Positions 47,187-57,424 are shown, counted from the stretch's first letter. The stretch: DNA of 64,000 bases from a bacterium UBP8_UBA817 (GCA_945888995.1 CAMDBA010000003.1:279-64278); one strand, 5' to 3'. Notes: a model not told the origin generated them from the letters alone. Numbers and translations are program-made.

Positions 47187-47699
47187 ATGTTAAAAAATTT
47201 TTTTCTCCTCTTAACCCTTATGGTCTTATCTGCAAGCTATGCCCATAGCGCACCCATCACCGATGTTTCGGAAGGAGATGACGGTTACCCGGCCATCAAA
47301 AAAATCGTCGACTACGGCTACATGCCGCTACTTAAAGGAAATCAATTTTCTCCCGAAAAATCACTGTCCAGAAAAGAATTCGCGGTCACCCTGGACAAAG
47401 TCATCAAAAAAATCGATAACCAGGACCTTACTTTAACCAAATCAGATCTACAAGAACTCCAAAACCTTTCACGGTCTTTCAAAACATTTTTAGTCGATAA
47501 TGATGCCAATATCAGCACCCTCAAAAACAAAACCCAGGAATTGGATAACGCGCAAAAAGTAAACAGTCAGGACCTCACTCAGGTCAATGATCAACTACGC
47601 GGCGAATTAAACGCACTTAAATCCGATAACGAGCACACCCATCTCTATATGATTCTGGGAGGAGTCGCTCTGGCTTTTTTAGCCATGTTGGTTAAATAA
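47187..47699 (+). CDS. SLH-domain / coiled-coil protein with a C-terminal TM anchor
   Basis: Signal peptide, SLH-like segment (ITDVSEGDDGYPAIKKIVDYGYMPLLKGNQFSPEKSLSRKEFAVTLDKV), heptad-rich Q/N/L region, and a terminal hydrophobic helix LYMILGGVALAFLAMLVK. Confidence 0.65.
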   Translation: MLKNFFLLLTLMVLSASYAHSAPITDVSEGDDGYPAIKKIVDYGYMPLLKGNQFSPEKSLSRKEFAVTLDKVIKKIDNQDLTLTKSDLQELQNLSRSFKTFLVDNDANISTLKNKTQELDNAQKVNSQDLTQVNDQLRGELNALKSDNEHTHLYMILGGVALAFLAMLVK

Positions 47700-47705
47700 C
47701 ACACG

Positions 47706-48614
47706 ATGGCAAAAGACGAGACCCTTACCTCCCCACGACTAGATTCGAAAAGTATTGTAACGCTTTTAACAAAGCGCCATCAGCAATTACTGGCCAATAT
47801 CATCAAAAAGGAGACTTTTTCCACAGGTCTCCTCCTCCATGGTCCCAAAGGCGCATTACTCCCAAAAATCGCAGAGGCCGCCATTCAAAGTCTATTCTGT
47901 CCCAACGCGGATCCCTACGCCTGCCAAACCTGCCTGACATGTACAACCTATCACCATCAGAATCTACCGGATATGATCACCGTAAATCCGGACGGAAAAC
48001 TGCTGATAGAACATATTCGAGACCTGCAAAACACCATCAAATACGGCCCTAGCACGTACGACAAGCTCTGCGTCCTGATCCCCAACGTTCACCTCATGAC
48101 CGAGCAGGCCGCCAATGCATTCTTAAAGCTCCTTGAAGAACCACCGGCAGGTGTCTGCTTTATTATGACGACACATTCTCTCTCTGAGATCTTACCCACA
48201 ATCCGATCCAGATGCCGGATGATCGATTTTCCGGGGCTCTCGTCTTCGCAACTACAGCTATTTTTAGACCATCACTACAATACTGAACAGCGCACCGATA
48301 TCGAAAAGCAATGCTTCGGGGATGCCGCCTTACTCAAAGAATACCTAGAAACCGGTGATACGCTATCACAGGAAGAATACCGGTCATTTTCAGAATTCAA
48401 AAAAAGCACCCTTCTGGATGCATTTCAAATCGCAGAAACCCTCTCCAAATCTAAAGCACATGCCGTCATGCTCCTAACAGCCTGGATAAACGAAATCAGC
48501 AAAAATCCAGCTCATGAAGAACTTCCCCCGCTAATCGAGGCATTATCCCAAATGAGATATAACGTTAATTTAAAACTTCATTTGGAAAGTTTATTTTTAA
48601 AATTAATGTCCTAA
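47706..48614 (+). CDS. holB: DNA polymerase III subunit delta-prime
   Basis: LLLHGPKG, Cys cluster CQTCLTC, KLLEEPP, and SRCRMIDF. Confidence 0.8.
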   Translation: MAKDETLTSPRLDSKSIVTLLTKRHQQLLANIIKKETFSTGLLLHGPKGALLPKIAEAAIQSLFCPNADPYACQTCLTCTTYHHQNLPDMITVNPDGKLLIEHIRDLQNTIKYGPSTYDKLCVLIPNVHLMTEQAANAFLKLLEEPPAGVCFIMTTHSLSEILPTIRSRCRMIDFPGLSSSQLQLFLDHHYNTEQRTDIEKQCFGDAALLKEYLETGDTLSQEEYRSFSEFKKSTLLDAFQIAETLSKSKAHAVMLLTAWINEISKNPAHEELPPLIEALSQMRYNVNLKLHLESLFLKLMS

Positions 48615-48650
48615 GGCTGGGACAGCGGCCATTATACAAGGAGAAATCAC

Positions 48651-48992
48651 ATGACATGTTTATTCTGCAAAATCGTTAAAGGCGAGATTCCGTGCTCAAA
48701 AGTATGGGAAAATGACGCTATTTTAGCATTTCGGGACATTAATCCACAGGCCCCGGTCCATGTTCTCATCATCCCAAAAATCCATATAAATAACCTCTTA
48801 GAATTTAATCCAACTAATGGTAAACTATTGGAAGAGATATTTTCAGCGATTCAATATGTGGCAGATTTGTGCCAAATTGATCAGACAGGTTTCCGTATCG
48901 TGACTAATAATGGTCATGATGGCGGACAAGAAATTTCGCATCTTCATTTTCATTTGCTGGGGGGCCGTCACATGAGCTGGCCACCAGGTTAA
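48651..48992 (+). CDS. HIT family (histidine triad nucleotide-binding) protein
   Basis: CLFCKI N-terminus and the histidine triad HLHFHLLGG. Confidence 0.9.
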   Translation: MTCLFCKIVKGEIPCSKVWENDAILAFRDINPQAPVHVLIIPKIHINNLLEFNPTNGKLLEEIFSAIQYVADLCQIDQTGFRIVTNNGHDGGQEISHLHFHLLGGRHMSWPPG

Positions 48993-49010
48993 GTCGTCAA
49001 GGAGGAAGTA

Positions 49011-49211
49011 ATGGCAAAGCAAGAAAAAAAACCCGGTGAATCAATTGATTCCGTCCTAAGAAAGTTTAAACGCAAGATTAAGGACGAGGGTATTATGATG
49101 GAATTACGTAAAAGAGAATTTTACGAGAAACCATCCGATTTGAAAAAGCGCAAAGCAAAAGCAGCAAAGCGTCGCACCGTTATGCAGCAACGCGCAGACG
49201 AGCTTCACTAG
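49011..49211 (+). CDS. rpsU: 30S ribosomal protein S21
   Basis: 66 aa, basic, SIDSVLRKFKRKIKDEGIMMELRKREFYEKPS. Confidence 0.9.
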   Translation: MAKQEKKPGESIDSVLRKFKRKIKDEGIMMELRKREFYEKPSDLKKRKAKAAKRRTVMQQRADELH

Positions 49212-49295
49212 AACCTCATCACAGGCTCCTATCCGTTCTTTTGAATCGACGGGAGCCCATGCTTTTATACCTTACCCTATCATTGCGGATTATTC

Positions 49296-50480
49296 ATGAC
49301 CCAGATCCCAAGCTCACTAGCCCGCGAAAAACCGACATTATTTTTAAATTTCACATTTTTTGTCCGGCGGTTGCTTTTTTTTACCACGCTTGATCGGTAT
49401 TTGATCCGTCAATTTGTCGGACCATTTCTGTTGGCTGTGGGAGGATTTGTCGTCATCGGCATGATCGACATTTTGTTCACACTCGTCGATCTTTTTATTA
49501 ATTCCAGCGTGTCATTTTTTATTGTCGTTCGGCTACTGGCCTATAAAGTACCCGCTGTTATGGTGCTATTTTTCCCCATGGCCGTCTTATTTGCAGTCAT
49601 GCTTTTGATGGTACGAATGGCCAAAGACAATGAAATCACCGTATTGCGTGCGTCAGGCATCAGCACGGGCAGACTTTTGATCCCCATTATTTCACTTTGC
49701 ATTCTGGCCACATTAATCGCATTATTCACAAATGAAACACTCGTGCCATGGTCCAACAAAATCTCGGATAGCCTGATTAATCAATCGGTCAATAAAACAC
49801 CCCCGCCGGATATTGCGGAAAATGTTTTTTTTAAAGATCAGGGTTCCCGCTATTTTTATATCAACAAAGTCCATCCTAAAACCGGCATAATGGAAAATGT
49901 ACTGGTGTACGAAGTCTCAGAGGCCTATCCACGTGTCACCACCGCTAAAACGGCTCACTGGGACCAGAAAACCTGGACCCTGACCCACGGCTATATTCAG
50001 GATTATGACGACAATGGCATGGTGTCATACACGTCTCATTTCGAAGACATGAAAATCAATATCTCCCGCAACCTTAATTCATTTTATTCCGACCAGAAAA
50101 CGCCGTACGAAATGGATTCCAGAGAACTCAAGGAACAAATCAACACCCTTCAAAAAGGTGGAGTCAGCACTAAAAACCTGGCGGTCGAGTATTATATGAA
50201 ATCCAGCCTTCCGGGCGCATGCCTGATTTTCGGCTTGATCGGAATTGCATTTTGCACCTGGTTTGTTCAATCGGGAAAAGATTGGTGGGGCGTAGTTATT
50301 GCAGTATGCACGGCCGTACTATCGGTCGGATTTTACTTCTTTATTGTGGCGGTTTTCCGCGCATTGGGAAAAAGCGGCATTGTGCCGTTGATTACCCCAT
50401 TCCTCGGTGCATGGGCGCCTAATATTTTATTTGGATGTGTTGCCAGCGCGATTGTGATTTATCAGGCCACATATAAATAA
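49296..50480 (+). CDS. LptF/LptG (YjgP/YjgQ) family LPS export permease. The start is uncertain.
   Basis: LDRYLIRQFVGPFLLAVGGF is normally near the N-terminus, but here about 30 residues precede it. Six TM segments with a periplasmic beta-jellyroll insert. Confidence 0.8.
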   Translation: MTQIPSSLAREKPTLFLNFTFFVRRLLFFTTLDRYLIRQFVGPFLLAVGGFVVIGMIDILFTLVDLFINSSVSFFIVVRLLAYKVPAVMVLFFPMAVLFAVMLLMVRMAKDNEITVLRASGISTGRLLIPIISLCILATLIALFTNETLVPWSNKISDSLINQSVNKTPPPDIAENVFFKDQGSRYFYINKVHPKTGIMENVLVYEVSEAYPRVTTAKTAHWDQKTWTLTHGYIQDYDDNGMVSYTSHFEDMKINISRNLNSFYSDQKTPYEMDSRELKEQINTLQKGGVSTKNLAVEYYMKSSLPGACLIFGLIGIAFCTWFVQSGKDWWGVVIAVCTAVLSVGFYFFIVAVFRALGKSGIVPLITPFLGAWAPNILFGCVASAIVIYQATYK

Positions 50481-52916
50481 ATGCGTAAATTCCCAGCCCT
50501 CAAATCATCTTCGGAATCCATTGAAAAACGAAAAATTGAAATGGGCATGTCTTTCGTCCGAAAAAACCAATTCAGCGAGGCACTCGACCGCTTTAAACGT
50601 ACCATCCAGGAAAATCAGAACCTCTATCCCGATATTCTTATTCCGCTTTACAAACGCCTAATTCGAAACCCTCATCAACCACAACTGCATCTTCTCGTCG
50701 CAGAATTGCACATCGTTTTGGGGCAATACCGGGACGCTATTTATGAGCTTGAAGAAGTCATCGAATTAGCCCCGACAAATTCTCATACTTATTTTTTATT
50801 GTGCAAGATCCATAGTAAAACCGGATTTTCTTCCGATTTAAGAGATATTTTAGAACAGGCCTTCGAAAAAGATATTTTAGATCCGTATGTTCTCGATATC
50901 TTGCCCCGCCTCTACTTTGAAGAAAAAAAAATCGAAAAAAACATCTCATTTTATGAGAAAATGATCCGACTTTATCCCAATACCCTCCATTATTACAAAA
51001 TTTTAGGCGAGTGTTATATCCAGGCCCAACGATACGAAGATGCCGCGGCAACATACAACCAGACTCTCAGTGTTTTTCCGGATTTCAAAAACGAAGCAGC
51101 CAAATTCTGCGAATCGTTATTGCAACCCGACACCAACCACGTCGGCATCCGGAAAATATTGGTCTCAATTTATTTTAAATCTTGCCGTCCACTCCAGGCC
51201 ATCCCCCATATCCGCCACCTTCTGGAAGCGGATACCGCATTCCTGGATCAAAGCATCCAACTCTACAAAGAAGCCCTCCATGCCTATCCGGAAACACTTG
51301 AAATTCAACTTGAATTAGCAAAATCGCTCCTCAAAGCCGCACAATATTCCGAAGCGGTTGTCCACCTCAAATCGATTTTCGAAACCACACCGGAATATCA
51401 TGATGTCGTCCTGGAACTCGTGAATGAAATCTTAGCCGCATTTCCCGATCAGCTTATGGCCCTCCTTTTAATCAGTGACTATTATTTTTATAAAAGTGCC
51501 TATTCAGAATGCCTAGCTTATCTGGCGCGAGCCATCAACATTGATCAGGAAGATTATGACCCGATTTCGGATATGTTAAAAAATATTCGGGAAATCGCCC
51601 CCCTTTATCAGCAACAAATCATCTTCTTACAAGCCAAAATTGCATTCAAAAAGCAAGAAGAAGCCGTCTGTCGGCATCTTTGCCACCAGCTTTGCCTGTC
51701 CGAGTACAAACTCGACAGCATCTTATTACTCGCTCAATTAGACGCTCAAAAAGGGCGCTATCCTGACAGCTTCAAACGGCTTTTCCAGGCACTAAGCCAT
51801 GATCCGTATGAATGGCAAATCCACCAAACAATTAAAGATCTTCAAGCAAAGCTGGCAGCCTCTCATGCTAACAAAAAAGAAACCGAACTACCAAAAAAAC
51901 CCGCGCACCAAGATTCCCATGCCTTTAAATTAGGATTATTGATGCTGCGAATGGGACATCTGTACCGCGCGATCGAACAATTCCAAAAACTATCCTCCGG
52001 CTCTGAGCTAAAAACAAAAGCCCAGATACTCATCGGTTATTGCTTCTTTGAATTAGGCCGTTATGATCTGTCCAACAACCAGTTCATCCGGGTGCTTGAG
52101 CAGCTTCCGGCAGAAAGTTATTTGGCCAATACGCTTCGATATTTAATCAGCATGAATCATGTCAAATCAGGCCGGTATATCCAGGCCCTTGAATATCTGG
52201 ACCGCATCCTCGAAGTCGATATTCATTTTCCTCATATCCAAGAATTATCCGCCCATTACAAAAAGCAACGCATCCTGGATACGCAGGGAAAAGCCATCAC
52301 GGGAATTTTCAGTTTTATCGAAGACAAGCCCCTGAACCTCGTCTATGTTCAACTTCCGGAAGACCTATCACAAATGGCGCCCGAATGGGTTGTGATGGGG
52401 TTCTCCCATACGCATAATAGTCACGGAATCGATCATATGCTGCAAGATAACATCACCGCAGCGCAAGAAGCCTTCCGGCTCTCGATCGGAATGGACACCA
52501 ATAGCCCGATCGCCTCATGCAACCTCGCATTAACGTATTTATTGGAAGGGCACTATCAAGCAGCCATTGATTACTTAACCCCACTGCAGGAGCATCATCC
52601 GAAACTGGAATTAATCCATCTAAACCTTGGCCTGGCATACGGATTGACCAAGGCTTATCCTGAGTCGGAAGCCTGTCTTCGAAACGTGATCGATCTAAAT
52701 CCATCCCATGACGTCGCCCATCTGATGTTAGGCGATATTTGTTTTAAGCAGAAAAAAATAGAGCATGCCTTCGAGCATTGGAAAATCGCAGCACAAGCCC
52801 TTCATCTCCTGCCGCTTGTCCAACGAAGGGTTCATTATTTACAACGAGATTCCTTTGGGTTCTCCCATTGGATTTATCATTTTAAGCCGGAATTTATACC
52901 CGAACTTACATGGTAA
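50481..52916 (+). CDS. Large tetratricopeptide-repeat protein (811 aa)
   Basis: Repeated ~34-residue A/L/Y-rich TPR-like units throughout, with no signal peptide evident. It starts directly after the lptF/G stop and overlaps the next gene by 7 nt. Confidence 0.7.
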   Translation: MRKFPALKSSSESIEKRKIEMGMSFVRKNQFSEALDRFKRTIQENQNLYPDILIPLYKRLIRNPHQPQLHLLVAELHIVLGQYRDAIYELEEVIELAPTNSHTYFLLCKIHSKTGFSSDLRDILEQAFEKDILDPYVLDILPRLYFEEKKIEKNISFYEKMIRLYPNTLHYYKILGECYIQAQRYEDAAATYNQTLSVFPDFKNEAAKFCESLLQPDTNHVGIRKILVSIYFKSCRPLQAIPHIRHLLEADTAFLDQSIQLYKEALHAYPETLEIQLELAKSLLKAAQYSEAVVHLKSIFETTPEYHDVVLELVNEILAAFPDQLMALLLISDYYFYKSAYSECLAYLARAINIDQEDYDPISDMLKNIREIAPLYQQQIIFLQAKIAFKKQEEAVCRHLCHQLCLSEYKLDSILLLAQLDAQKGRYPDSFKRLFQALSHDPYEWQIHQTIKDLQAKLAASHANKKETELPKKPAHQDSHAFKLGLLMLRMGHLYRAIEQFQKLSSGSELKTKAQILIGYCFFELGRYDLSNNQFIRVLEQLPAESYLANTLRYLISMNHVKSGRYIQALEYLDRILEVDIHFPHIQELSAHYKKQRILDTQGKAITGIFSFIEDKPLNLVYVQLPEDLSQMAPEWVVMGFSHTHNSHGIDHMLQDNITAAQEAFRLSIGMDTNSPIASCNLALTYLLEGHYQAAIDYLTPLQEHHPKLELIHLNLGLAYGLTKAYPESEACLRNVIDLNPSHDVAHLMLGDICFKQKKIEHAFEHWKIAAQALHLLPLVQRRVHYLQRDSFGFSHWIYHFKPEFIPELTW

Positions 52917-55285
52917 GCACCCCGCTCAACCGTGCATTAATACAGCTTTTCTGCCTCATCATCATGATCGCGCTGAGTCCAGCACCTCTCATCTTCGCCG
53001 AAGACGAAGAGCCCACCGCCAATCTGACGGCTGACCAAATTTTTTATACCGAGTCCGGCAAAAAAATGATTGCGTCTCAAAATGTCCGGCTCAATTATAA
53101 AAATGTCTCCATCGAAGCACCGGAGTTAATTCTGGATGTTGAAAACAATACCATATCCGGAACCGGAAATATTAAATTAAAACGTAACGCCGATGAATTA
53201 AATGCGGAATCTATTCACTATAATATCGACGACGACGCCGTAGAAATTCGCAATGTACAGACCATCGTTCGCGCCAACGCCAAAGCCAAAGCCACCGATA
53301 ATATCTATCTCAGCGCCGAAATCATAGAAGACCTACCCGATGTTAAAAAAGGATTTCACGGCTTAATGACCACATGTGATTATCCTATTCCGCATTATTT
53401 CGTCTCTTCGGAACGGTTTGAATATTATCCGGACAATTGCATCGTGGGTCATAATGTCTTTTTTTATAATCCGATCTTTTTTATCCCATTCGGATTCTGG
53501 ACACCGATGTATGTCTATTATCTCGGAAAGCGAAATGTCATCCTACTGGTGCCGATGATCGGGCGAAATGATGTCGAAGGATGGTTTGCTAAAAACACCC
53601 TCGACTATTTTTATGGCCCGGATAAAAAGGGTCAGGTCTACGTCGACTGGACCGAAAAAAAAGGCGTCGGATTAGGCTGGCGACATCATTACCAAATCGA
53701 GAATTACGAAGGCTCTTTGTATTATTACGGCATGCCCGAAAAAGATACGGGTCTCTATGATCATGTCGCCAGTTGGGATCAAACCACCACACTCAGCCCC
53801 GAGCTCAGCCTTCGCCATACCATTTTGGACACCGACACTTACCGGATCACAGGCGGACGTAAGCAAGATCGGAATTTCTCCGTGGGTATTAATTACAAAA
53901 ACATCGGTGAAGAACAAAAATTGGAAGTCAAAAATAGCCATGATTTTCTGCAGAAAATTTCACAGAATGCCATTACATACGACAATATTTTTAATTCACA
54001 AAAAGTACTGGGCCTATCCTATAGTTCGTTTAATAATCTCGGATTTAATAGCCGCTATGAAACCGGCGGCCTGACTCAATCTCTGAATTTACCATTTGAG
54101 ATTAAATACAACAGCAACATCAGATATACCAAATCAACCCCCTCCGCAATTGCACCAGCCGACGAAGCCCTCGGCACTCAGTTCTCCCTCCAAAAACCCC
54201 TCGATTTAATGAACATTCCATTTAATATGACCGTTAACCTCGACTATACGATTGACCCTGACGGCGACACAGTCACCTCAGACAGGATACTCAATTATGT
54301 CGAAAAAATGCCCGAACTGATTTTTGACAGCACCCAAATTCCGTTCGATAAAAACTTCACCATCCAGCAACGGTTTCTCATCGGCCGTTACCATGAAAAT
54401 AGGTCTCTCTCGGTTACGAATCAGGTAAGAAGCTACACCACCGAGAAATTCGGATCGATTTCGAATCTCGTCGGCACATTCAGAGACCTACCCTTCGGTT
54501 CCGACATTCGAACTCAACACGAGCTTCACCAATTCGGCTATTCCCCCGGTGATGTCTTGAGAGGAATAAAACAAGCCTATACCTACCAATCCGACTGGTG
54601 GCAATTCTTGCAAAGCAGCATGTCCTATACCGACTATGCCTATGCCGGAAACTCTCCGTTTTTCTTCGATGAAACCATTTTCCAAAAAGAACGGCGCATC
54701 GGAGGCACTATGACACTCTATTACGAAAAACCGTCCAAATACCGGTGGGACCATCGTACAGGGTGGGATTATCTTGTTCAAAAACGGATCGACTACACGA
54801 CAAGTATGACATTAATTCCGAACAGTATCATGGCCTTCAATATTAATAGCGGCTATAAATTTCCCGAAAACCGCCTATCGGGAAACGACATATTTTATGA
54901 TCTCACCGCATCGGCCCGCTATACACCCACCCAAAATACGCAGATCACCTTTGATTTGACCTATGATCTGAATTTTAGCCAGATCCGACGCTTGGGTAAC
55001 CGGTTTATTTTTACCGTAGGCGATACGTGGGAAAGCCGGTGGGATATCGATGCGAATTTCCAATATGACATCCCCAGCAAAACCTACAAGCTCCAAGCCA
55101 TCCGGCTGGTTAAAGATTTACACGAGCGACTATTGGCCATGTCCTATGATATGGGGTTAAATGAATATAAATTTATCTTTACCATCAAAGCATTTCCCGA
55201 CGATCCGTTCGGCTTTTCGTCTAATAAAAACGAAGCCTTTAAACTCGAAGGAATTTTTAATGACCCGGCTGTTGAACGTTTTTAA
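52910..55285 (+). CDS. LptD-like (OstA family) outer-membrane LPS-assembly protein
   Basis: Signal peptide, an N-terminal OstA-like region (ADQIFYTESGKKMIASQNVRLNYKNVSIEAPELILDVENNTISGTGNIKL...AESIHYNIDDDAVEIRNV), and a long Y/N/T-rich beta-barrel-like C-terminal part ending in an aromatic residue (ERF). Confidence 0.6.
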   Translation: MVSTPLNRALIQLFCLIIMIALSPAPLIFAEDEEPTANLTADQIFYTESGKKMIASQNVRLNYKNVSIEAPELILDVENNTISGTGNIKLKRNADELNAESIHYNIDDDAVEIRNVQTIVRANAKAKATDNIYLSAEIIEDLPDVKKGFHGLMTTCDYPIPHYFVSSERFEYYPDNCIVGHNVFFYNPIFFIPFGFWTPMYVYYLGKRNVILLVPMIGRNDVEGWFAKNTLDYFYGPDKKGQVYVDWTEKKGVGLGWRHHYQIENYEGSLYYYGMPEKDTGLYDHVASWDQTTTLSPELSLRHTILDTDTYRITGGRKQDRNFSVGINYKNIGEEQKLEVKNSHDFLQKISQNAITYDNIFNSQKVLGLSYSSFNNLGFNSRYETGGLTQSLNLPFEIKYNSNIRYTKSTPSAIAPADEALGTQFSLQKPLDLMNIPFNMTVNLDYTIDPDGDTVTSDRILNYVEKMPELIFDSTQIPFDKNFTIQQRFLIGRYHENRSLSVTNQVRSYTTEKFGSISNLVGTFRDLPFGSDIRTQHELHQFGYSPGDVLRGIKQAYTYQSDWWQFLQSSMSYTDYAYAGNSPFFFDETIFQKERRIGGTMTLYYEKPSKYRWDHRTGWDYLVQKRIDYTTSMTLIPNSIMAFNINSGYKFPENRLSGNDIFYDLTASARYTPTQNTQITFDLTYDLNFSQIRRLGNRFIFTVGDTWESRWDIDANFQYDIPSKTYKLQAIRLVKDLHERLLAMSYDMGLNEYKFIFTIKAFPDDPFGFSSNKNEAFKLEGIFNDPAVERF

Positions 55286-55955
55286 TCCCTCTAAACTATA
55301 TCTCCTGGTCTTAGCACTGTTACTAGGTGTAGCGCTCACCGCATGCTCACCAAACACGGTCACCAACAAAGCATTCTCCAGCCGAACCATCCAAATTAAG
55401 CTCACGTTCAGCCAGCTCCCGAATACTTCTTTGTATTATTACACCTATATTTTTTCACCCTCCGCCCCTCCGCAAACACCGAATACCACCCGGTATTTTT
55501 TCACGCCAGGGCGGCCTTATGACCAAGACCAACTAGACCGCGACGGCGTCCCCATCGAATATTTTTACCGAAATTACTTTTCGACCTGGTCGGGCTATGT
55601 TCGGGCGGAAGGTATTAATAATACAATTCTATTCAACGGCCCATTCAGCGCCACCACGAACGCGCAGACCCATTTTAGCTATCAGCAGCGCTCCAGTTTC
55701 TCATCAGTCACCATGAGCCAAAGTAATACCTTCACCATCCAGTTTTTACTCGACTATCTGCCAACCCTGATCAGCTCGGGCTATCTCAGCATGATTGTCA
55801 CCAATAAAGACACCGGCAAGATCGAAGACCTCGTCGATATCAACACCGTTCTGTCATTAGCAAATGACACAGAACAAAGGGGAAGTGACCCGTCGGTTGA
55901 TTTCGGCACAGATCCGGCAGCAGATATCACCCAATGGGAGGTCAAAATATTTTAA
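55260..55955 (+). CDS. Lipoprotein (231 aa) overlapping the 3' end of the lptD-like gene
   Basis: ATG 55260, with a signal peptide and lipobox LLGVALTAC-S. The ORF-track start at 55161 lies inside the lptD-like gene and is unlikely. Confidence 0.65.
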   Translation: MTRLLNVFNPSKLYLLVLALLLGVALTACSPNTVTNKAFSSRTIQIKLTFSQLPNTSLYYYTYIFSPSAPPQTPNTTRYFFTPGRPYDQDQLDRDGVPIEYFYRNYFSTWSGYVRAEGINNTILFNGPFSATTNAQTHFSYQQRSSFSSVTMSQSNTFTIQFLLDYLPTLISSGYLSMIVTNKDTGKIEDLVDINTVLSLANDTEQRGSDPSVDFGTDPAADITQWEVKIF

Positions 55956-57424
55956 CCATTTTCTCGGCAATTCTAACTGCATTAGTTTTTCCTAAAGTTG
56001 AGTGGTATCTACTCTCCTATATCTGTCTCATCCCCTTTATAATCGACTTGGAGAAAAGCACCTCCGCCAAATCCGCCGCCTTCAAAGGATGGCTTTTCGG
56101 CGTTGTCTTTATGGCCTGGTTTCATAATTGGGTTTTTGAATTAAAAGCATTTTCACCGGCAGTTGCAGTCCTTTTTCTGTGGGGTGTTTTCTCAGCTTAT
56201 TTAGGTCTCTTTTATGCAGGTGCAGCATGGGTTTATCATCAATTTAAATCCGGTTTAACCCGGATCTTTTTTCTACCAGCGTGCTTTGTAGCCGCTGAAT
56301 GGCTGCGGACATTAGGCCCTCTCGGGGATTCCGGTGGTGCGATGGGCTATTCTCAAACCCATGTCTTCCCCATCCTCCAATGGGCCGGCGTCACAGGCGT
56401 CTACGGCCTTTCATTTCTCTGTATTGTCGCCAACCTTCTCATCCTCGGTCTCTTTTCCAAAACACCCAAGCGTTATGTCGTCTCATTGGCAGCACTTTGT
56501 GTCATTATTTTCGGGATCGGCGCCCTCTTCCTGCACAACCCAGACAAGACGGACACCCGAGTAAAAGTCGCCGTTATCCAAGGAAACCACGCGCAAAACA
56601 TCAAAGAAAACAATCAAAATTGGGATCAAATTTTTCAGGATTACGGCATGCTCTCCTGCGATCTGCGGGCAGGTAAAGTCGATCTGATGTTTTGGCCGGA
56701 AACCATTCTGCCGATCTTAGTTTTACAAAACCAAGTCTTCACAAAAAAACTATGCGACCTCAGCCACGCCACCGGTTATTCGCTTATCTTCGGCATTCCC
56801 ATAAAGGACGGGCTCTTGTACTACAACGGACTGGCAGCGGTGACCCCGGCTGGATTATCCCGGCAAATCTACAAAAAAAATCACCTGATGCCGTTCGGAG
56901 AATTCATTCCGGGCCGATCACTTCTGGGCTTCTTTCACATTACTCTGCCCGGCACCGATTATAGCCCCGGACACCATGACTACACCCCCCTCGTCACACC
57001 GGTCGCCAAAATCGGCGGCGGCATCTGCCTCGAAGCCAACTATCCGACGGCATATAGAAAAAGCACCGTAAACGGCGCGGATATTCTGTCCATTCATGCC
57101 AACAATGCCTGGTTTTTTAACGGATCAGCTGCCCCTGAAATGCTTCAGATGGGCATACTAAGGGCCGTTGAAAACAACCGGTTCCTAGTCCTGGCCGCCA
57201 ATACAGGTATTTCCGCGGTCATCGATAACAAAGGCAGGGTCGTCACCCGAAGTCAGATGAATCACACTCAGGTTCTTCGTGCCGACGCCAAAACCGGCCT
57301 CCCGAAAAGCCCTTACACGGCAATGGGAGATGTGATCGTTTTAATCTCAGGACTACTGATCGGAATCGCGATGGTTAAGACGCGACCAAACGCGCCTCAA
57401 GATCATACCCTTTCACCCCGGTAA
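55934..57424 (+). CDS. lnt: Apolipoprotein N-acyltransferase
   Basis: Multi-TM N-terminal half, and a CN-hydrolase domain with WPE, KKNHLMPFGEFIP and GGGICLEANYP (E-K-C triad contexts). Confidence 0.85.
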   Translation: MGGQNILTIFSAILTALVFPKVEWYLLSYICLIPFIIDLEKSTSAKSAAFKGWLFGVVFMAWFHNWVFELKAFSPAVAVLFLWGVFSAYLGLFYAGAAWVYHQFKSGLTRIFFLPACFVAAEWLRTLGPLGDSGGAMGYSQTHVFPILQWAGVTGVYGLSFLCIVANLLILGLFSKTPKRYVVSLAALCVIIFGIGALFLHNPDKTDTRVKVAVIQGNHAQNIKENNQNWDQIFQDYGMLSCDLRAGKVDLMFWPETILPILVLQNQVFTKKLCDLSHATGYSLIFGIPIKDGLLYYNGLAAVTPAGLSRQIYKKNHLMPFGEFIPGRSLLGFFHITLPGTDYSPGHHDYTPLVTPVAKIGGGICLEANYPTAYRKSTVNGADILSIHANNAWFFNGSAAPEMLQMGILRAVENNRFLVLAANTGISAVIDNKGRVVTRSQMNHTQVLRADAKTGLPKSPYTAMGDVIVLISGLLIGIAMVKTRPNAPQDHTLSPR

